DNA of 64,000 bases from Candidatus Woesearchaeota archaeon (lineage in GTDB: Archaea > Nanobdellota > Nanobdellia > Woesearchaeales > JACJVV01), in assembly GCA_047602755.1 (NCBI GenBank), contig JBLKOM010000001.1:147679-211678 (forward strand). Direction: 5' to 3'. This document shows positions 61,669 through 64,000 of the stretch, in pieces. The translations under genes and the position numbers were made by a program. Each line of letters starts with the position of its first letter. Positions within the stretch are counted from its first letter, which is position 1. The notes under the pieces were generated by a model that did not search any database, had not been told where the DNA came from, and was given only the letters and a program-made list of their open reading frames with translations.

Positions 61669-61885
61669 TGCATATATAATTCTATTCCTATATAAAAATA
61701 ATTCCCATTAGCACTGGACATTCTCAGATAGCCTATTTAAACATAAACAAATAACAATAAATTATTCCAATCTTGGCTAATGAAAACCAAGGTTTTTGTT
61801 TTGCCGCAGGATAAAATCCTGCACCCAACCTAAATCCATTCAAATAAATTATACAAAATATTCACAAAAAAACGAGGTGATAAAT

Positions 61886-62005
61886 ATGTATGCTACTGAC
61901 CATGAAACAATAAAAAATCTATTCTATCAAAGATTTGCAGACTTAACAAAAAAATCAAATTCATTTGACTATCAATTTTCAGATCGATGGATTAATAAGT
62001 TATAA
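61886..62005 (+). CDS. Putative 39-aa small protein
   Basis: GAGGTGA SD 6 nt before ATG; MYATDHETIKNLFYQRFADLTKKSNSFDYQFSDRWINKL*; terminator downstream. Confidence 0.65.
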   Translation: MYATDHETIKNLFYQRFADLTKKSNSFDYQFSDRWINKL

Positions 62006-62034
62006 AAGTCCCCTTTTTCTTAGTGCACCTCTTT

Positions 62035-62058
62035 CCACCTCAAATGAGGTGGTTTTTT
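62035..62058 (+). terminator. Hairpin plus U-tract terminator
   Basis: CCACCTC-AAAT-GAGGTGG-TTTTTT. Confidence 0.75.
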
Positions 62059-62248
62059 ATTATATATACTTTAAGTAAATATATCTTTAGAATATAAAAA
62101 ATAAAATGAATTATAAGAGTAATAAAAATAAAAAGCAACAGTAAGTATATATTTAAATATAAGATAGCAAAAAATAACGAAAATTTTACTGATTTTATTT
62201 ATAAATGTGTTGCAGAACATTTATAAATCTATAAGAATTATTATATAT

Positions 62249-62821
62249 ATGCTAAATTACTCAAAAGCGGAATTTGAACTAAAAACGGATGCTATAGTTG
62301 ACAAGATACTTCAAGGTTCAATATTTATACATCCAACAGATACAATTTATGGTTTAGGATGTGATGCAACTAACTCTGAATCTGTTAAGAAAATAAGAGA
62401 AATGAAAGCAAGATATACAAGACCATTTTCTATATTAGCGCCTGATAAAACATGGATTAGAGAAAATTGTGAAGTTGATGATAAAGTTATAGAATGGATA
62501 AAAAAATTACCAGGCCCATATACATTAATTTTAAAATTAAAAGATAAGAATGCAATAGCAAAAGAAGTAAACAATGGTTTAGATACAATAGGAGTAAGAA
62601 TTATTGATCACTGGTTCCAGAAAGGATGCGAATTATTAGGTAAACCTATTGTTACAACATCAGCTAATGTAATCGGAAGCGATTTTATGACATCTATAGA
62701 AAACTTAGATTCTGATATAAAAAGCAAAACTGATTTCATAATATATGAGGGAGAGAAATTAGGAAGACCCTCAACAATAGTAGATTTAACAAAAGAATCT
62801 GAAAATATCAAGAAACGATAA
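62249..62821 (+). CDS. tsaC: Threonylcarbamoyl-AMP synthase (TsaC/Sua5, short form)
   Basis: PTDTIYGLGCDA, K.R, LPGPYT, GVR, TTSAN, STIVD. Confidence 0.93.
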   Translation: MLNYSKAEFELKTDAIVDKILQGSIFIHPTDTIYGLGCDATNSESVKKIREMKARYTRPFSILAPDKTWIRENCEVDDKVIEWIKKLPGPYTLILKLKDKNAIAKEVNNGLDTIGVRIIDHWFQKGCELLGKPIVTTSANVIGSDFMTSIENLDSDIKSKTDFIIYEGEKLGRPSTIVDLTKESENIKKR

Positions 62822-62826
62822 TTAAA

Positions 62827-63429
62827 ATGAGAATTCTTGCTGCTGGTGATATACATAATGATTGTAGATTATCACAAAAACTAGCAGATAAAGCTGTAAA
62901 AGAAAAAGTTGATTTAGTTATTCTTTGTGGAGATCTAACATTAAATGACCAACCTACAAAAAACTTAGTTGCGCCTTTCGTAAAAGCAAAAAAAAAAATA
63001 CTATTAATCCCTGGAAACCATGAAACAATAGCAACTGCAGATTTCTTAGCTGAAATATATGGTGCAAAAAATATTCATGGATATTCTGTGAAATATGAAG
63101 ACATTGGAATATTTGGTTGCGGTGGTGCAAATATTGGTTTATTCCAATTACAAGAAGATGAAATATTTGATTTACTAAAACAAGGCCATGATAAAATTGA
63201 TTATCTGAAAAAAAAGATAATGGTAAGCCATGTTCACCCTAGTGACAGTTTAATGGAAAAATTTACTGAAATATTTCCTGGTAGTACAGGAGTAACAAAA
63301 GCAATTGAAGAATTCAAACCAGATATTATGCTTTGTAGTCATGTACATGAAGCAGAAGGTATTGAAGAAATAATAGGCAAAACAAAAATAATAAATGTTG
63401 GGAAAACTGGAAAAATAATTGATATATAA
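62827..63429 (+). CDS. Calcineurin-like metallophosphoesterase
   Basis: GDIH, GD, PGNHE, H.HP, HVHE. Confidence 0.92.
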   Translation: MRILAAGDIHNDCRLSQKLADKAVKEKVDLVILCGDLTLNDQPTKNLVAPFVKAKKKILLIPGNHETIATADFLAEIYGAKNIHGYSVKYEDIGIFGCGGANIGLFQLQEDEIFDLLKQGHDKIDYLKKKIMVSHVHPSDSLMEKFTEIFPGSTGVTKAIEEFKPDIMLCSHVHEAEGIEEIIGKTKIINVGKTGKIIDI

Positions 63430-63515
63430 TCAAAGATCATATTTTAAAATAATAAAAAAAATAAAAATAATAACTTCTAAAAAAGTTTATAAAGAGTATA
63501 TGTTATAATAATAAG

Positions 63516-64000
63516 ATGCTAAAAATAGAATTAAAAAATTCAAAAATAAAAAAAACAAATTCAAAAATAAAATTAGATACACCATTATTTGCTCAGTATT
63601 CACCTAATTTTACTGAGATTGAAAATATTGCAAAAAAATACAAAAATAAAAAAAATATAATTATAATTGGCAATGGTGGTAGTATTACTTCATTTTATTA
63701 TTTCTATAATGCATTATATCATCAAACAAAAAAAAAGATATACATTGTGTCCACAATGGAACCTGATTATCTATCTGATATAAAAAAACAATCAAATAAA
63801 AAAGATAGCATAGTAATAGTCATATCAAAGTCAGGTAGCACAGTTGGTGTAATAGAAAGTTTAGTTTATTTTATAGATTACACTATGGTGATTATAACTG
63901 AGAACAAAAAATCAGCAATAAAGCAAATACAAGAAAAATATAATTTTGATTATATTGAACATCCTCCTATTGGTGGAAGATATTCTGGCTTTACACCTTC
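63516..64000 (+). CDS. Glucose-6-phosphate isomerase-like SIS protein (3' truncated by window)
   Basis: IIIGNGGS, VISKSGST, IGGRYSG motifs. Confidence 0.8.
   Translation, partial: MLKIELKNSKIKKTNSKIKLDTPLFAQYSPNFTEIENIAKKYKNKKNIIIIGNGGSITSFYYFYNALYHQTKKKIYIVSTMEPDYLSDIKKQSNKKDSIVIVISKSGSTVGVIESLVYFIDYTMVIITENKKSAIKQIQEKYNFDYIEHPPIGGRYSGFTP

Noticed and set aside
61772-61830. Hammerhead ribozyme (CUAAUGA core-like)
   Set aside because: No GAAA after a stem II, and no stem III or cleavage triplet
61796-61885. TTG-start extension of the small ORF (69-aa version)
   Set aside because: The strong SD points to ATG 61886; the extension runs through the hairpins

Overview
This is a very AT-rich archaeal chromosomal segment. 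Gene content points to a DPANN lineage, probably Woesearchaeota-like (inference): rpo7-spt4-rps24e-rps27ae, rpl1-rpl10(P0)-rpl12, GatD/GatE, CDC48, archease/RtcB, PPDK, Cdc6/Orc1, eukaryote-type GlyRS, oapABC, prefoldin-Pcc1-rpo12-rpl37ae, aRF1, TruD and Sua5. It is mostly housekeeping, plus a surface-glycosylation cluster (Wzm/Wzt, GT8 x2, GT4 x2, GT-C-like, GT2) containing a class III pilin. No CRISPR array, integrase or transposase was seen. The most notable signals are non-coding or small. (1) All three tRNA genes are intron-split: tRNA-Pro(UGG) has three BHB-type introns, and tRNA-Arg(CCU) has a D-loop intron at the same site as the first Pro intron. (2) A 107-bp structured mini-element ending in a duplicated tRNA-Arg 3' end. 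(3) A kink-turn-closed multi-stem leader abutting the SD of rpl1-rpl10-rpl12. (4) A shared palindromic motif at near-fixed distance upstream of the TATA box of three orphan genes. (5) Two small ORFs missed or mis-started by the ORF track. (6) A two-repeat basic protein with a histone-H1-like tail. All calls come from manual reading of the sequence and recalled family motifs; no database searches were run.
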